Source: Candidatus Aminicenantes bacterium (lineage in GTDB: Bacteria > Acidobacteriota > Aminicenantia > Aminicenantales > JAFGBC01). From it: a DNA stretch of 64,000 nt. Shown here piece after piece: positions 9,153-19,452 of this stretch (position 1 is the stretch's first letter; each line of letters opens with the position of its first letter). Under the pieces are notes generated by a model, which saw only the letters and a program-made list of their open reading frames with translations, did no database searches and was not told the origin of the DNA. Position numbers and translations under genes: made by a program. The stretch lies in the NCBI GenBank assembly GCA_963702005.1, contig OY969696.1, positions 608,001 through 672,000 of the forward strand, written 5' to 3'.

Positions 9153-10871
9153 TCAGTCGACGACGAAGCCCATCTGCTTCAGCCAGGCGGCGACGTCCTG
9201 GAAGAACTCCACCGGCTGGGTCAGGGACACGGCGTGACAGCTCTTGTTGTAATAGGGAAAGCGGATGGTGCGCGTCCCGACGGCGGAGAGGCCGGGGAAG
9301 GCGTCCGGCCGATAGGACAATATGATTCGGCCCGGCCGGCTTTCTCCGTTTGCCGCGTCTTGGCTGACGAGCGCCGAGCTGAGGATGTCCGTGTACAGGG
9401 CCAGGCTGGGGGCGAAGGCCTTGGCGTAGACGACAAGATCGTAGGCGGCGTCGGTGACGAGCGTCTCAACGTGGACGATGTTTTTGAGAAACATCCGGCC
9501 GTAGCGAAGGTCGCTGGGATGCGCCTCGAAGCCCCGCGTCATGGCCACGTTGAAGACGTGAAAGGCCCAGTTCGCGTTGCCGTTGCTGCCGACGAAATAG
9601 CGGTCCCAGGGCCGGAGAGTTCCGAAGATCGCCGTCATGTCGCCGGGCTCCGCAAGCGTCCGCCGGGCTTCCCGGACGGCCGGGTCGATGAACAGGGCCC
9701 GGACCGACGCCGGGACGACGACATTCAGGCCTGTTTGATTCGTGTTCATATTGCTGTCGGCGACGCGGTAGGCCTGGGCCCGGGCAGACGCGTAGAATTG
9801 CGAAATCGCCGGAATATCGGCCCCGGTGACATGGACGAGGGTCGCAACCGTTCGGAGCAGGCGCCCGCCGTTGTTGAAAAAGCCGTCCAGCCAGCCTTCG
9901 GGCTTCACGTAGATGTAAGGGTCGCGGCCGACGGCCTGGAGGAAGGCGTAGCGGTCGGCATAGACGTCGGGGTTGTAAGGAATCCCCGTCTCTTGTCCGA
10001 TCAGGTACAGCTCCGAGCCGGGCCGGCGCAGCATCTCCTCGGTCACGCGCTCGCGATAGCCCCAGGGCACGGAGGGCTGGATGAGGATTTCGTGACCGAA
10101 CTGCCGGGCGATGATCTCGGGCGGAACGGTCCGGCCCCGGTAATCGGGGAAGACGGCCTCGAAATGGTCCTGGATCTCGGCCGCCAAGGCGGGATCCTGA
10201 AGCATTTCCCGGCCGTTGCCGTAGTCGGCGTAGTTCAGGAGGAGGTGAAAAAGGCAGGCCGCCCGGTCCCCGCCGTAGCTTTCGCCGACGATGACCACGC
10301 GGTTGGCGCGGAGGTCCGGATGCCGGGCCAGGAAGCGGAGGATGACGCGGATAAAATCGGCGGCGTCGAAGATGGGGTTGAAGTTCTGGGCGTTGAACTC
10401 CTGCCAGCGGGCCAGCTCATCGTCGACCCGCGACATGATGTTGTAGGAAAAGCCCGCCTCCCGGGCGTCGATATAGAGCAGGTTGCCGAGGCGCGTCCAG
10501 GGGACGGGGTTGGCGATGTAAACGTCCCCGCCGCCGCTTTCGACCCGGTTGTCGATCGTGAAGCGCCCGGTGTACATGCTCATCAAGCCGTAGCTCGTGG
10601 CGCTGCCGGGTCCGCCGTTGAAGAAGACGAACAGGGGTTTGTGCTCGGCATCCCGATCGGCGGCCTGGAAGCCGTAAAAAATCCGGGCCTCGGAGGAGCG
10701 CAGATCCAGCCTATTGAAATAGCTGCCGTAATGGAAGTAGAAGGAGATGGGCTCGACGGTCATGAAGCCCGCCTCGTTTCGGACATCGGCTCCGGATAGA
10801 AGCGGACCGCCGGCCGTTGCCGCAACGAGCAGGGTTAGGACGCCGATCCATCGCTTGACGGGATGTTCCAT
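9153..10871 (-). CDS. Serine carboxypeptidase, S10-like
   Basis: FFNGGPGS, NLLYID, GFSY, GESYGG nucleophile elbow, C-terminal His; signal peptide. Confidence 0.85.
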   Translation of the reverse strand: MEHPVKRWIGVLTLLVAATAGGPLLSGADVRNEAGFMTVEPISFYFHYGSYFNRLDLRSSEARIFYGFQAADRDAEHKPLFVFFNGGPGSATSYGLMSMYTGRFTIDNRVESGGGDVYIANPVPWTRLGNLLYIDAREAGFSYNIMSRVDDELARWQEFNAQNFNPIFDAADFIRVILRFLARHPDLRANRVVIVGESYGGDRAACLFHLLLNYADYGNGREMLQDPALAAEIQDHFEAVFPDYRGRTVPPEIIARQFGHEILIQPSVPWGYRERVTEEMLRRPGSELYLIGQETGIPYNPDVYADRYAFLQAVGRDPYIYVKPEGWLDGFFNNGGRLLRTVATLVHVTGADIPAISQFYASARAQAYRVADSNMNTNQTGLNVVVPASVRALFIDPAVREARRTLAEPGDMTAIFGTLRPWDRYFVGSNGNANWAFHVFNVAMTRGFEAHPSDLRYGRMFLKNIVHVETLVTDAAYDLVVYAKAFAPSLALYTDILSSALVSQDAANGESRPGRIILSYRPDAFPGLSAVGTRTIRFPYYNKSCHAVSLTQPVEFFQDVAAWLKQMGFVVD

Positions 10872-10913
10872 TTGCCCTCCTAAAAAGATGAATCCGGTTC
10901 TTTTCTTTCAGCA

Positions 10914-10928
10914 GCAAGACGCATGCCA
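10914..10928 (-). promoter_or_regulatory. Putative sigma54 (-24/-12) promoter
   Basis: Minus strand TGGCAT-GCGTC-TTGC, about 40 bp upstream of the S10 peptidase start. Confidence 0.65.
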
Positions 10929-11071
10929 GGCGCGATCACAGCCCCCCCCCGTCCCCAGGGGAGTGCTCCCCTCCGCAGGAATGCCGCGGCTGGGACAAGC
11001 GCCGGAAATGTAAATATTCTTTCACGCCTGCGGCGCCCGCCGATTTATAATAATAATCCAGGAGGACGGGA

Positions 11072-11842
11072 ATGAGCTCATTAAAAGATAAGGTCGTCTT
11101 CATCACGGGCGCCAGCTCGGGAATCGGGCGGTCGTGCGCCCGGGCCTTCGCCGCCGCCAAAGCGAGGATCCTGGTCTGTGCCCGGCGGTCCGAGCGTCTG
11201 GACAAGCTGGCCGCCGAACTCGAGAAGGAATTCGGCGTACCCGTCAATCATTTTCCTCTGGATGTCCGGAGCCGGCCGGCCGTCGAGAAGGCCGTCGCCG
11301 CGCTTCCGGCGGAGTGGCAAAGAATCGAGGTCCTCGTCAACAATGCCGGCCTCAGCCGCGGCTTGGACAAACTCGATCAGGGCCTCCCGTCCGATTGGGA
11401 AGAGATGATCGATACCAACGTCAAGGGGCTCCTCTACGTCAGCCGGGCCGTCGTTCCCGGGATGGTCGAGCGAGGGCGCGGCCACGTCATCAACATTGGC
11501 TCGGTCGCGGGCTATGACGTCTATCCCGGCGGCAACGTCTACTGCGCGACCAAGTTCGCGGTCCGGGCGCTCAGCAGGGGACTCCGCCTGGACCTGAACG
11601 GCACGCCGATCCGGGTCAGCGAGGTCGCGCCGGGCATGGTCGAGACCGAGTTCAGCCTCGTCCGCTTTCACGGCGACGGGGAACGCGCGGACAAGGTCTA
11701 CCAGGGTCTGGAACCGCTGACGCCCGACGACGTCGCCGAGGCCGTCGTCTGGTGCGCGACGCGCCCGGCCCGCGTCAACGTCAGCGAGCTCATCATTATG
11801 CCGACGGCCCAGGCCTCGGCGACGCTCGTTCACCGGAAATAA
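11072..11842 (+). CDS. SDR oxidoreductase (YdfG-like)
   Basis: TGASSGIG, NNAG, YCATK, PGMVETEFS motifs. Confidence 0.92.
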   Translation: MSSLKDKVVFITGASSGIGRSCARAFAAAKARILVCARRSERLDKLAAELEKEFGVPVNHFPLDVRSRPAVEKAVAALPAEWQRIEVLVNNAGLSRGLDKLDQGLPSDWEEMIDTNVKGLLYVSRAVVPGMVERGRGHVINIGSVAGYDVYPGGNVYCATKFAVRALSRGLRLDLNGTPIRVSEVAPGMVETEFSLVRFHGDGERADKVYQGLEPLTPDDVAEAVVWCATRPARVNVSELIIMPTAQASATLVHRK

Positions 11843-11857
11843 GGGCGGAATATCGAA

Positions 11858-12586
11858 TTAGTGATTTTTAGCGGCATTCTTATGCGGGGGTGCGTCGAGG
11901 CGGCCACGTAGTTTGAGGTCATCGAAACATCCCGTGTCGTCGAACGATCCGACGCCGACCAGGCCGTGGCCAAGCGTTCGGTCGCGCGCGGTGAGGATCG
12001 GCGTCGCCATATCGTCCAGATAGGCGCGGATCTCCCCCGAGCGAGCGTCGCAGACGACCTTGAACTCGTGCCAAGCCGCGTCGGTCAGACGGAACGCGGA
12101 CAGCCCGGCGGGCTCGGCGTTGATCTTGATCCGGTCCGCGCCGTTGACGAGTCCGATGATGTTGTGGACGTCGTCGCTCGTCCCGGCGAAATGGACATAA
12201 CAAAAATGGGTTGGGTCCTGGAAGTGGAAGAAGATGCACATGTCCCGATATTTGTTGGCCGGGTCTGTGTAACAGCGCAGCCGCCCGCCGAATTCGAAAA
12301 ACGCTACATCGTGGCCGGACCACAGCGACCAGGACGTCGGGGCGCGAATCTTCCCCTGCTCACCGGGCGCGGTCAACTCATAAGCCGAATTTCCGCCCTT
12401 TTCGACGACGCGCCAGTGGGATGGGTCGCTCGGACGCCATTCCGCGGCCGTCCCGTTCTCGAAGTCGCAAGCCGAAAGGAGAGGAAGATCCGAGGCCTTT
12501 TGTTGGCGGGCGAAAATTCCCAAGACTGTTCCCAATAAACACGCCAGCCCGATAATAAGGAGGGCGCTTTTCTTTCCTATTTTCAT
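11858..12586 (-). CDS. Exported beta-sandwich (DUF1080/LamG-like) protein
   Basis: Signal peptide, DFENG, WH.F.V, G.VGVGSFDD.G.FDD pattern. Confidence 0.6.
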   Translation of the reverse strand: MKIGKKSALLIIGLACLLGTVLGIFARQQKASDLPLLSACDFENGTAAEWRPSDPSHWRVVEKGGNSAYELTAPGEQGKIRAPTSWSLWSGHDVAFFEFGGRLRCYTDPANKYRDMCIFFHFQDPTHFCYVHFAGTSDDVHNIIGLVNGADRIKINAEPAGLSAFRLTDAAWHEFKVVCDARSGEIRAYLDDMATPILTARDRTLGHGLVGVGSFDDTGCFDDLKLRGRLDAPPHKNAAKNH

Positions 12587-12650
12587 GGAATCCCCTTCCC
12601 GGCGCCTCGCGACCTTCGCCGCTGGGAGGGTGGCGCGCCTTTGCCGCCTC

Positions 12651-13643
12651 TCAACAGATTTCTCCGTCGCGATAGTCCGGACGCATCCAGGGCAGATGGC
12701 TCCCGGCGAAAACAGGCTCGAGCTTGACAGCGAGCTTCTTCATGTCCTCGGGAGCGAGCGGCCGGAAATTCCTGAGAAGCGCGGCATTTTTGCGGACGAC
12801 CTCGACGCTGTCCGTCCCGACGACGGCGGAATGGACGCGGGGAAGACTGAGGGCGTAGCGCAATAAGTCCTCGGCGGCGATGTCCTTCACGGTCTCGCGC
12901 GGCCGGATGGACTTGATGATCATGACCCCCATGGCGCGGTCCGCGGCCGCGGGGATGGCGCCTCCCTCGAAGTCGCCCTTGCGCTCCTGGTAATGGTTGA
13001 GGGCGATCAGCATCGTGTCGAGGTCGAAGCGGCGGGCGGCCTCGGCCATCGCCGCGGCATCGAGGTGGCCGCTGAAGCCTATGAACTTCGCGACTTTTTG
13101 CTCTCGGATCTTTCGCAGGGCTTCGAGGGCGCCGCCCGGCGCGCCGATCGTATCCAGATCCTTGAGGGATTCGATGGCATGGATCTGGTAAATATCAAGA
13201 TGATCGGTTTGCAGCCGCTTCAGGCTTTCCTCGAGCTGCCGCATGACCCCGTCGTAGGTCCGTTCCTCGAACTTCGTCGCCAGGAAAACTTCTTGGCGGC
13301 GGTCTTTCAGCACCATCCCCAGCCGCTCCTCGCTGACGATGTCCTTGTTGCGGTAATTGTTGGCCGTGTCCCAGTAATAGAATCCGTTGTCGAGCGCGGC
13401 GTGGAGGATTTCGAGGGCCCGGTCAAGGTTCTCGACGGCGCAGAAGCGGCTTCCCAATCCGATACCGATCCGGGGAACCACGGCGCCGGTCTTTCCCAGG
13501 ACCGCGGTCGGGAGACCCTTAGCGTCGTATCCCTGTTTCGGTCCGCTCCCGACAAGGTCTCCGGCGGAAACGGACTTCACGGCCGCAGCGGTCGCGGCGA
13601 TCGTTTTGAGAAAAGTGCGGCGCGGCATACGCGGACGGTTCAT
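12651..13643 (-). CDS. Tat-exported aldo/keto reductase
   Basis: RRTFLK Tat signal; DTA..Y, FLATK, SLKRLQTDHLDIYQIH, FIGFSGH. Confidence 0.9.
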   Translation of the reverse strand: MNRPRMPRRTFLKTIAATAAAVKSVSAGDLVGSGPKQGYDAKGLPTAVLGKTGAVVPRIGIGLGSRFCAVENLDRALEILHAALDNGFYYWDTANNYRNKDIVSEERLGMVLKDRRQEVFLATKFEERTYDGVMRQLEESLKRLQTDHLDIYQIHAIESLKDLDTIGAPGGALEALRKIREQKVAKFIGFSGHLDAAAMAEAARRFDLDTMLIALNHYQERKGDFEGGAIPAAADRAMGVMIIKSIRPRETVKDIAAEDLLRYALSLPRVHSAVVGTDSVEVVRKNAALLRNFRPLAPEDMKKLAVKLEPVFAGSHLPWMRPDYRDGEIC

Positions 13644-13748
13644 GGCTCTTCCCTCCTTGAATTCATGGACGCAGCAGGTTACAGATAAATCGATTTTAAA
13701 GTGAAACTGCTATGAAATCAATGTTTAGTCGCACCCTGTCGGCTCGAA

Positions 13749-13777
13749 TTGACATCCATCGCTTCCCGATCTATCAT
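13749..13777 (+). promoter_or_regulatory. Putative sigma70 promoter
   Basis: TTGACA-N17-TATCAT upstream of the 13864 gene. Confidence 0.65.
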
Positions 13778-13863
13778 CCATGCAGACCTTCATTTTCAAT
13801 CCCCTTCGCGGGATCCCACGGACGTAAGTCCGTGGAGCTTCAGTAAATGAACGGAGGAAAAGG

Positions 13864-15729
13864 ATGAGAGGGTCAATTTATTCCAACAGGGCTTTGTTCG
13901 GCTTCATCGCCGTTTTGGGCCTTGGCCAGTTGCTCGCGGCCGCGCCTTCGAAGATCACCGAGGTCAAAACCTACGGCAACTTCGAGACGGCGGGAATCAT
14001 CATCAAAGTCGTGGGAATGGACTTCGACGAGTCGGCCAAGATCGAGTACAGGAAGTCGGGAGAGACGACCTACCGGGGGGGGCACGACTTTGTCCGGTAC
14101 GACGGGAATCACATGGCGACGAGCCTATTCGGACTCGACTTGGCAAGCACTTATGAGCTCAAGGTAACCCTCGTCGATCCGGACGGCACGTCGGGCGCTA
14201 ATCCCGTGGTTTCGTCGGTCAAGACCAAGAAGGAATACGCCCTGCCGAAGCCTCTCAGGGTCGTTAAAGTGTCGAATCAAACTCAACTCGATGCCGCGCT
14301 CAACAAGGCGAAACCGGGCGATGAAATCAGGCTCGCCGCCGGCACCTACGCCAAGGGCATGCACATTTACGGCGCTAAGTCCGGGACGGCGGCGAACCCC
14401 ATCACGGTCACATCACAGGGCACCTCCAAGCCCCTGATCAAGGGAACAAACGACGGAGGGATCGAGCTCGAGGGCGTAAGCTACTACATTTTCAATAATC
14501 TGGAGGTCCACAACGAAGCGGGAAATGGAATCGGCATGAGAGGCTGCCATGACATGGTCGTGCGGAAATGCTACGTGCACGACAGCCAGCCCGGAGACTA
14601 TACATGCAACATCTTCATCCAGCACGGCGAGGAGGCGTCGCCCGCCTACGCCGGGAATTATCTGATCATCGACAACAAGATCGGGGATGACAAACACGAC
14701 ACGGTGGACGAGAACCAGGGGCCGGGGCCGAGCAACGTCAATGTCCCGGGCCAGTCCTATTTCGGGATTTGCGTGGCCTACCAGCCGGGAGCCTTCCTCA
14801 CGATTCGAGGGAACACGATTTACGGGACCGTGGATGGGATCCACTGCTGCGGGGATGAAGGGGGATCTCCCGTTCTGGGACCCGACGATGACAACTTGCT
14901 CGACACCTGGCGGGATCAGAACTTGGATCTCTACGACAACGTCATCTACGACTGCAAGGACGACGCGATCGAATGCGACGGGCACATGGTCAACGGCCGG
15001 ATCTTCCGGAACCGGCTCGGCAAGTGCGAGAACGCCTTCAGTACGGCGCCCTTCTATCCGGGCCCGCTCTTCGTGCTCAGGAATTTCGCCCACGGATTCC
15101 ATCAGGGCTGCTTCAAGCAGAACACGGGCGTCGAAGGCATCACCCGAAACGTCCTTATCTACCACAACACGTTCATGGAGAAAACGAGGGGCGCCACGGC
15201 GCATTGCGGCGACGAGTATTGCCTGTACCGGGGTGAGCCGGCGCTTCAGCAGAATTTCGTCTACAAGAACAATATTTTCTATGCCCGCGGCCGGGTCTAC
15301 AACGGGGACATGTATACGGAAGACAATTACCATAAGAACGATGCTTTCGACTACAACCTGATGTACAGCACGCGTCAAACGGATAAGACGGTAGCTTACA
15401 AGTGGGTTTGCTCCTATGGCGATCCGCTCAACAACACCCGATATAATAACTTGTCGGCCTTCCGAGCGGCCGTCAAGCAGGAGAAGAACGGAAAATGGGG
15501 CGATCCGAAGCTCCTCACCAGCCTGCTTAAGGGATATCCCAAGAATTCCAAGCTCCTGGATCTCAGGCTCCAGTCGGGCTCGCCCGCGATCGATTCGGGG
15601 GTCCCGATACCCGGGATTAACGACGATTACGCGGGAAAGGCGCCCGACATCGGCGCCTGGGAATGGGGGACGTCCGGGGCCAAGCGAGGCGCCGATCCGG
15701 GCCGGCGAGCCCGCCCCCAGAGGGATTGA
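13864..15729 (+). CDS. Secreted right-handed beta-helix protein (polysaccharide lyase-like)
   Basis: AKPGDEIRLAAGTY, GTAANPIT, Asn-ladder repeats, C-terminal SPAIDSG...APDIGAWE. Confidence 0.8.
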   Translation: MRGSIYSNRALFGFIAVLGLGQLLAAAPSKITEVKTYGNFETAGIIIKVVGMDFDESAKIEYRKSGETTYRGGHDFVRYDGNHMATSLFGLDLASTYELKVTLVDPDGTSGANPVVSSVKTKKEYALPKPLRVVKVSNQTQLDAALNKAKPGDEIRLAAGTYAKGMHIYGAKSGTAANPITVTSQGTSKPLIKGTNDGGIELEGVSYYIFNNLEVHNEAGNGIGMRGCHDMVVRKCYVHDSQPGDYTCNIFIQHGEEASPAYAGNYLIIDNKIGDDKHDTVDENQGPGPSNVNVPGQSYFGICVAYQPGAFLTIRGNTIYGTVDGIHCCGDEGGSPVLGPDDDNLLDTWRDQNLDLYDNVIYDCKDDAIECDGHMVNGRIFRNRLGKCENAFSTAPFYPGPLFVLRNFAHGFHQGCFKQNTGVEGITRNVLIYHNTFMEKTRGATAHCGDEYCLYRGEPALQQNFVYKNNIFYARGRVYNGDMYTEDNYHKNDAFDYNLMYSTRQTDKTVAYKWVCSYGDPLNNTRYNNLSAFRAAVKQEKNGKWGDPKLLTSLLKGYPKNSKLLDLRLQSGSPAIDSGVPIPGINDDYAGKAPDIGAWEWGTSGAKRGADPGRRARPQRD

Positions 15730-15784
15730 GGCCTAGTTCGGCCCCGGTCATCATCCAGGGCGGAAATATCGTCAAGGGAAAAAT

Positions 15785-17008
15785 CTAACGGCGGCCGGAA
15801 GCGAGGCGGGCGGCCTCGGGGAGGCGGCGGAGGCGGGCCATGGCCCAGACGCCGACGGCCGGCCCGAGCGCCAGAAACGCGAAAGCATATCGCCAACCGA
15901 TACGATTAACGAGCGCGGGGATCAGCCTAATCGTGACCATCGTCAGAAGGAATCCGAGGCTTGTCTGAATCGCCAGAGCCGTCCCCGTGTACTCGGGGCG
16001 GCAGAGCTCGCTAAGCCCCGCGGAAAACTGGGCTGAGTCGGCGACCACGGCGAAGCCCCAAACGAGACAAACGGCCGTCAGTACGGCCGGGCTTGCGCCG
16101 AATAGAAACCCGACCGCGATCGAGCAGGCGCCGCTCGTGATCAATGCCGCGATCGTCACGGCCGGGCGTCCGATCCTGTCGGCGAGTTTGCCCGCGATGA
16201 TGCTGCCCAAACCTCCGGCTGCGATTACTGCAAACGCGGCGATGGCTGCGGCTTTGGCACCGACACCCGCCGCGGCGTAGCTTGCCGCGAGAAACGCGGG
16301 AACCCAGGTCCACATGGCGTAAAGCTCCCACATATGGCCGAGGTAGCCGAGGTTGACAAGGGCGGTGGCCCTCTCGCGCCAGATCCGTCCGGCGTATCTC
16401 CAGTTCAGGCGCGGAGACGGGCTTTTATAAGGACCCTCTTTGATCAGAAATTCCGCGATCAAGCTCGAGACGGCCGCCAGGCCGGCAGAAACCAAGAGAA
16501 CGAGCCTCCAGTCCGAAGCGGAACCAAAGACGCGTATGAGATGAGGCGAGGCCGAGCCGATCGTCAGCGCGCCCACTAAGAGGCCGATTCCAAATCCGCG
16601 GTCATCCTTCGTCCAGGTCGCCATGATCTTCATGCCGACCGGATAGACTCCTGCCATGAAGACGCCGGTCAGGAACCTGAGAACCAGGGCGGGTGCAAGT
16701 CCCTCGACAAAGGCCGGCAGGGCGGCCGTGGCCAGCGCCCCCATCAGGGCCGAGACCGCGAACAAGCTGTGGGCCGGCATTCTATCGGGCAAGTTCAGGA
16801 TGGAAGCGGCCAGGGTTCCGGCCACGAACCCGAGTTGGACGGACATGGTCAGCCAGGCACGTCCCGCTTCCGATAAACCCCAGGCGGCCGACAAGCTTGA
16901 GACGACCGCCGACGCTGAAAACCAGACCGCCATGGCCAGGAGCTCGGCCAGACAGAGCATGAATATCATGCGCGTTTTTCGTGCGCCGGCATCCCCGAAC
17001 CGCGGCAT
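15785..17008 (-). CDS. MFS transporter
   Basis: About 12 TM, VQLGFVAG, GHMWELYAMW, GKLADRIGR, ADSAQFS. Confidence 0.9.
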   Translation of the reverse strand: MPRFGDAGARKTRMIFMLCLAELLAMAVWFSASAVVSSLSAAWGLSEAGRAWLTMSVQLGFVAGTLAASILNLPDRMPAHSLFAVSALMGALATAALPAFVEGLAPALVLRFLTGVFMAGVYPVGMKIMATWTKDDRGFGIGLLVGALTIGSASPHLIRVFGSASDWRLVLLVSAGLAAVSSLIAEFLIKEGPYKSPSPRLNWRYAGRIWRERATALVNLGYLGHMWELYAMWTWVPAFLAASYAAAGVGAKAAAIAAFAVIAAGGLGSIIAGKLADRIGRPAVTIAALITSGACSIAVGFLFGASPAVLTAVCLVWGFAVVADSAQFSAGLSELCRPEYTGTALAIQTSLGFLLTMVTIRLIPALVNRIGWRYAFAFLALGPAVGVWAMARLRRLPEAARLASGRR

Positions 17009-17188
17009 TATTTGATAATCTTAACACGGATCTGGATCATTTTCCCGGTCGTCCCGCGCGGGGCACCGCGGATCCGGGCCCAGATCAGCGGCGTCCACAC
17101 GACCGGGCCGATCGAGTTCGCCCTGGACAAGTTCAAAAAGGTCGGGCGGAAGCTGGGCGCAATCTGATACAATGAGCCCAAGACATCC

Positions 17189-18556
17189 ATGGGCCAGCCG
17201 CGAACCGGGTTTTTCAAGAAATTCCTGACCTTTGTCCTCAACATCGGCGCCGACCCGTGGGACTCCGAGTATACGCGCCTCATCAAGCGGATCTGGTATG
17301 CGGCCTCGGCCGTGTCCCTGCCCGTGAGCCTCTTCTTCGCCGTCACCGACTTTGGGGCGGGGCGTGCGCTCGGAGGCGCCGGGTTCCTCTTTTCCTTTAT
17401 TCTCTTCCTCGCGGTCCTCGTCGACGGCGCGAGATTCCCGGCCCATTTCGAGCGCAACGCCTTCTTCATCCTCGTCTATTTCGTCATCAGTCCGGCCGTC
17501 CTGACGGTCGTTTACGGCGGGGTCTGGCGCTCCCAGGGGGCCATCATGATCGGGCTTCTGGGCCCGCTCTTCGCCCTGATGTTCCCCAACCGGCGCCGGG
17601 CCCTCTTCCTCTTCGCGCTCTACGCCGCGCTGGTCATGGCTCTCGGGGCTTTCTTGATTTTCCCGGGAGACCGCGGGCTCAAACTGTTCGGGGTCGACCC
17701 CTTCGAGTTCTGGTTCGGATTCCTGATTCTGGTCGCCTTCGTCTTCGGGGCGATTTACTTCTTCGTCGTCCAGCGCGAAAGGGCTCACGTCCTGCTCGGG
17801 AAGGAGAAGGAGAAATCGGAGCGGCTCCTCCGAAGGATCGAGAGCGACCTGGCCCAGGCGGCCGAGATCCAGAAACGCCTACTTCCCTCCGACAATCCGC
17901 GCTTCGAGGGATATGAGGTCGCCGGGGCGAACGTCTCCTGCTACGAGGTGGGGGGCGATTATTACGATTTCGTTCCCATCGACGGCGAGCGGCTGGGTGT
18001 CGTCATCGCCGATGTCTCGGGGAAGGGAATCAGCGCCGCGCTCCTGATGGCCTCTCTCCGGGCGGCCCTCCTGGCCGAGGTGCAGCCGGGATTTGACATC
18101 GCGGCGATGGCCGGCCGGCTCAACGCGTTCGTCCATCGAAGCACGGACTCCAGGAGCTTCATCACCTTCTTCTTCGGCGAGCTCGACCGCCGGACGGGCG
18201 ACCTGCGCTATATCAACGCCGGCCACAACCCTCCCTTCGTCGTCCGGACGTCCGGCGAAACGGCAACGCTGGGCGCGTCCGGATTTGCGCTGGGGATGTT
18301 TCCCGCCGCGAGCTACGTTCCGGGCTCGGTCCGGCTGGGCGCGGGCGACGTCGCCGTCCTGTTCACGGACGGCATCCCGGAGGCGCGGAACGCGGAGGGG
18401 CTCGAATACACGGACGAGAGGTTTCGGAGCCTAGTCGCCGGCCGGCGGGACCTCGCGGCCGCCGACCTGTGCCGGGTCGTCCTCGATGACGTCCGCGCCT
18501 TCGCCGCGTCCGGCCAGCCCTGCGACGATATGACCCTCGTCGTCGTCAAGAAGTAG
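17189..18556 (+). CDS. Membrane-anchored PP2C/SpoIIE (RsbU-like) phosphatase
   Basis: N-terminal TM region; VGGDYYD, IADVSGKG, NAGH, FTDGI, DDMT motifs. Confidence 0.92.
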   Translation: MGQPRTGFFKKFLTFVLNIGADPWDSEYTRLIKRIWYAASAVSLPVSLFFAVTDFGAGRALGGAGFLFSFILFLAVLVDGARFPAHFERNAFFILVYFVISPAVLTVVYGGVWRSQGAIMIGLLGPLFALMFPNRRRALFLFALYAALVMALGAFLIFPGDRGLKLFGVDPFEFWFGFLILVAFVFGAIYFFVVQRERAHVLLGKEKEKSERLLRRIESDLAQAAEIQKRLLPSDNPRFEGYEVAGANVSCYEVGGDYYDFVPIDGERLGVVIADVSGKGISAALLMASLRAALLAEVQPGFDIAAMAGRLNAFVHRSTDSRSFITFFFGELDRRTGDLRYINAGHNPPFVVRTSGETATLGASGFALGMFPAASYVPGSVRLGAGDVAVLFTDGIPEARNAEGLEYTDERFRSLVAGRRDLAAADLCRVVLDDVRAFAASGQPCDDMTLVVVKK

Positions 18557-18578
18557 AAGGCATTATTTCCGACTCGTA

Positions 18579-18617
18579 CAAGCCCAGGCATTCATGCCGG
18601 GGAGTCGGGGGATTGAC
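18579..18617 (+). repeat. Partial copy (right end) of the mosaic palindromic mini-element
   Basis: caagcccaggcattcatgccggggagtcgggggattgac closely matches 37620-37658. Confidence 0.75.
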
Positions 18618-18642
18618 AATATTATCAGAATTCTGATAATCT
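18613..18642 (+). promoter_or_regulatory. TA promoter with perfect 20-bp palindromic operator
   Basis: TTGACA at 18613, then ATTATCAGAATTCTGATAAT (18621-18640) overlapping the -10 region, upstream of the AbrB-type antitoxin. Confidence 0.7.
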
Positions 18643-18655
18643 GAAATTAGAAATC

Positions 18656-18962
18656 ATGACAGAAGATAAGAAACCGAAAGAACTCAAGCCCTATCAAGCC
18701 GAGATCCGCCCGCGCGGTCAGCTCACGATCCCCAAGCAGGTTCGCGAAAAGGGAGCCCTTGACGCGGGCGATTCCGTGTCCATCCTGCCGGTCGGCGACT
18801 CGATTCTGGTCACTCCGCGGCGTCTGGAGCTGGAGGAGGCGCGCCGGGAGATCCGCAAGATCATGAAATCCTCGGGCGCGAGCCTTCGAGAAGCTGCTCG
18901 ACGGGCTTGCTGTGGAACGAGAGGCGCTGGCCAGGGAAACCTATGGATCCAAAAAGACATAG
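18656..18962 (+). pseudogene. AbrB/MazE-type antitoxin with apparent +1 frameshift near 18886
   Basis: IRPRGQLTIPKQVRE swapped-hairpin motif; removing one base restores ...EKLLDGLAVEREALARETYGSKKT* overlapping the PIN start. Confidence 0.7.
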
Positions 18963-19410
18963 GGTTTTCCTCGATTCGAACGTCATCCTGTCCGGCCTGT
19001 TTTTAGCGGTGGGGGCGCCCCGTCTGATTCTCGACCTATTGAGCCTGGACCTGCCCGTCCTGGCCGGACTGACGGGCCGCTTCAACCTGGTCGAAATCGA
19101 ACGGAATATTCGGAAAAAAATGCCAAGCGCGCTTCCGGCCTACCGCCGGGTCCTGCCCAAGCTCAAACTCGAGATCGTTCCCCTGCCATCCCCGGCGGAC
19201 CTTCGGCCTCTTTCCGGCGCCACCGATGACAAGGACCTCCCCGTCCTGGCCTCGGTTATTAACGGGAAGGCGAACCACTTCGTGACCGGCGATAAAAAGC
19301 TCGCTGCTTTGATCGGACGGAAAGGCGGATTTTCGTTTAAGACCTCCGGGCCGGCCGAATTCCTGGATAAGGTAATGCCCGAAATCCTGGGCGGAAAGCG
19401 GCGCGGATAG
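18943..19410 (+). CDS. PIN-domain toxin (PIN_3/VapC-like)
   Basis: VFLDSNVILS, DDKDLPVLASV, FVTGDKKL. Confidence 0.88.
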   Translation: MDPKRHRVFLDSNVILSGLFLAVGAPRLILDLLSLDLPVLAGLTGRFNLVEIERNIRKKMPSALPAYRRVLPKLKLEIVPLPSPADLRPLSGATDDKDLPVLASVINGKANHFVTGDKKLAALIGRKGGFSFKTSGPAEFLDKVMPEILGGKRRG

Positions 19411-19452
19411 GAGTTCAGTTTTCGGCCTTCCGGTTTGATTTTTTATCTCATT

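Noticed and set aside
13816-13835. Riboswitch in the leader of the beta-helix gene
   Set aside because: Only a short CCACGGAC-GTAA-GTCCGTGG hairpin resembling REP or IS200-type hairpins; no aptamer consensus recognised
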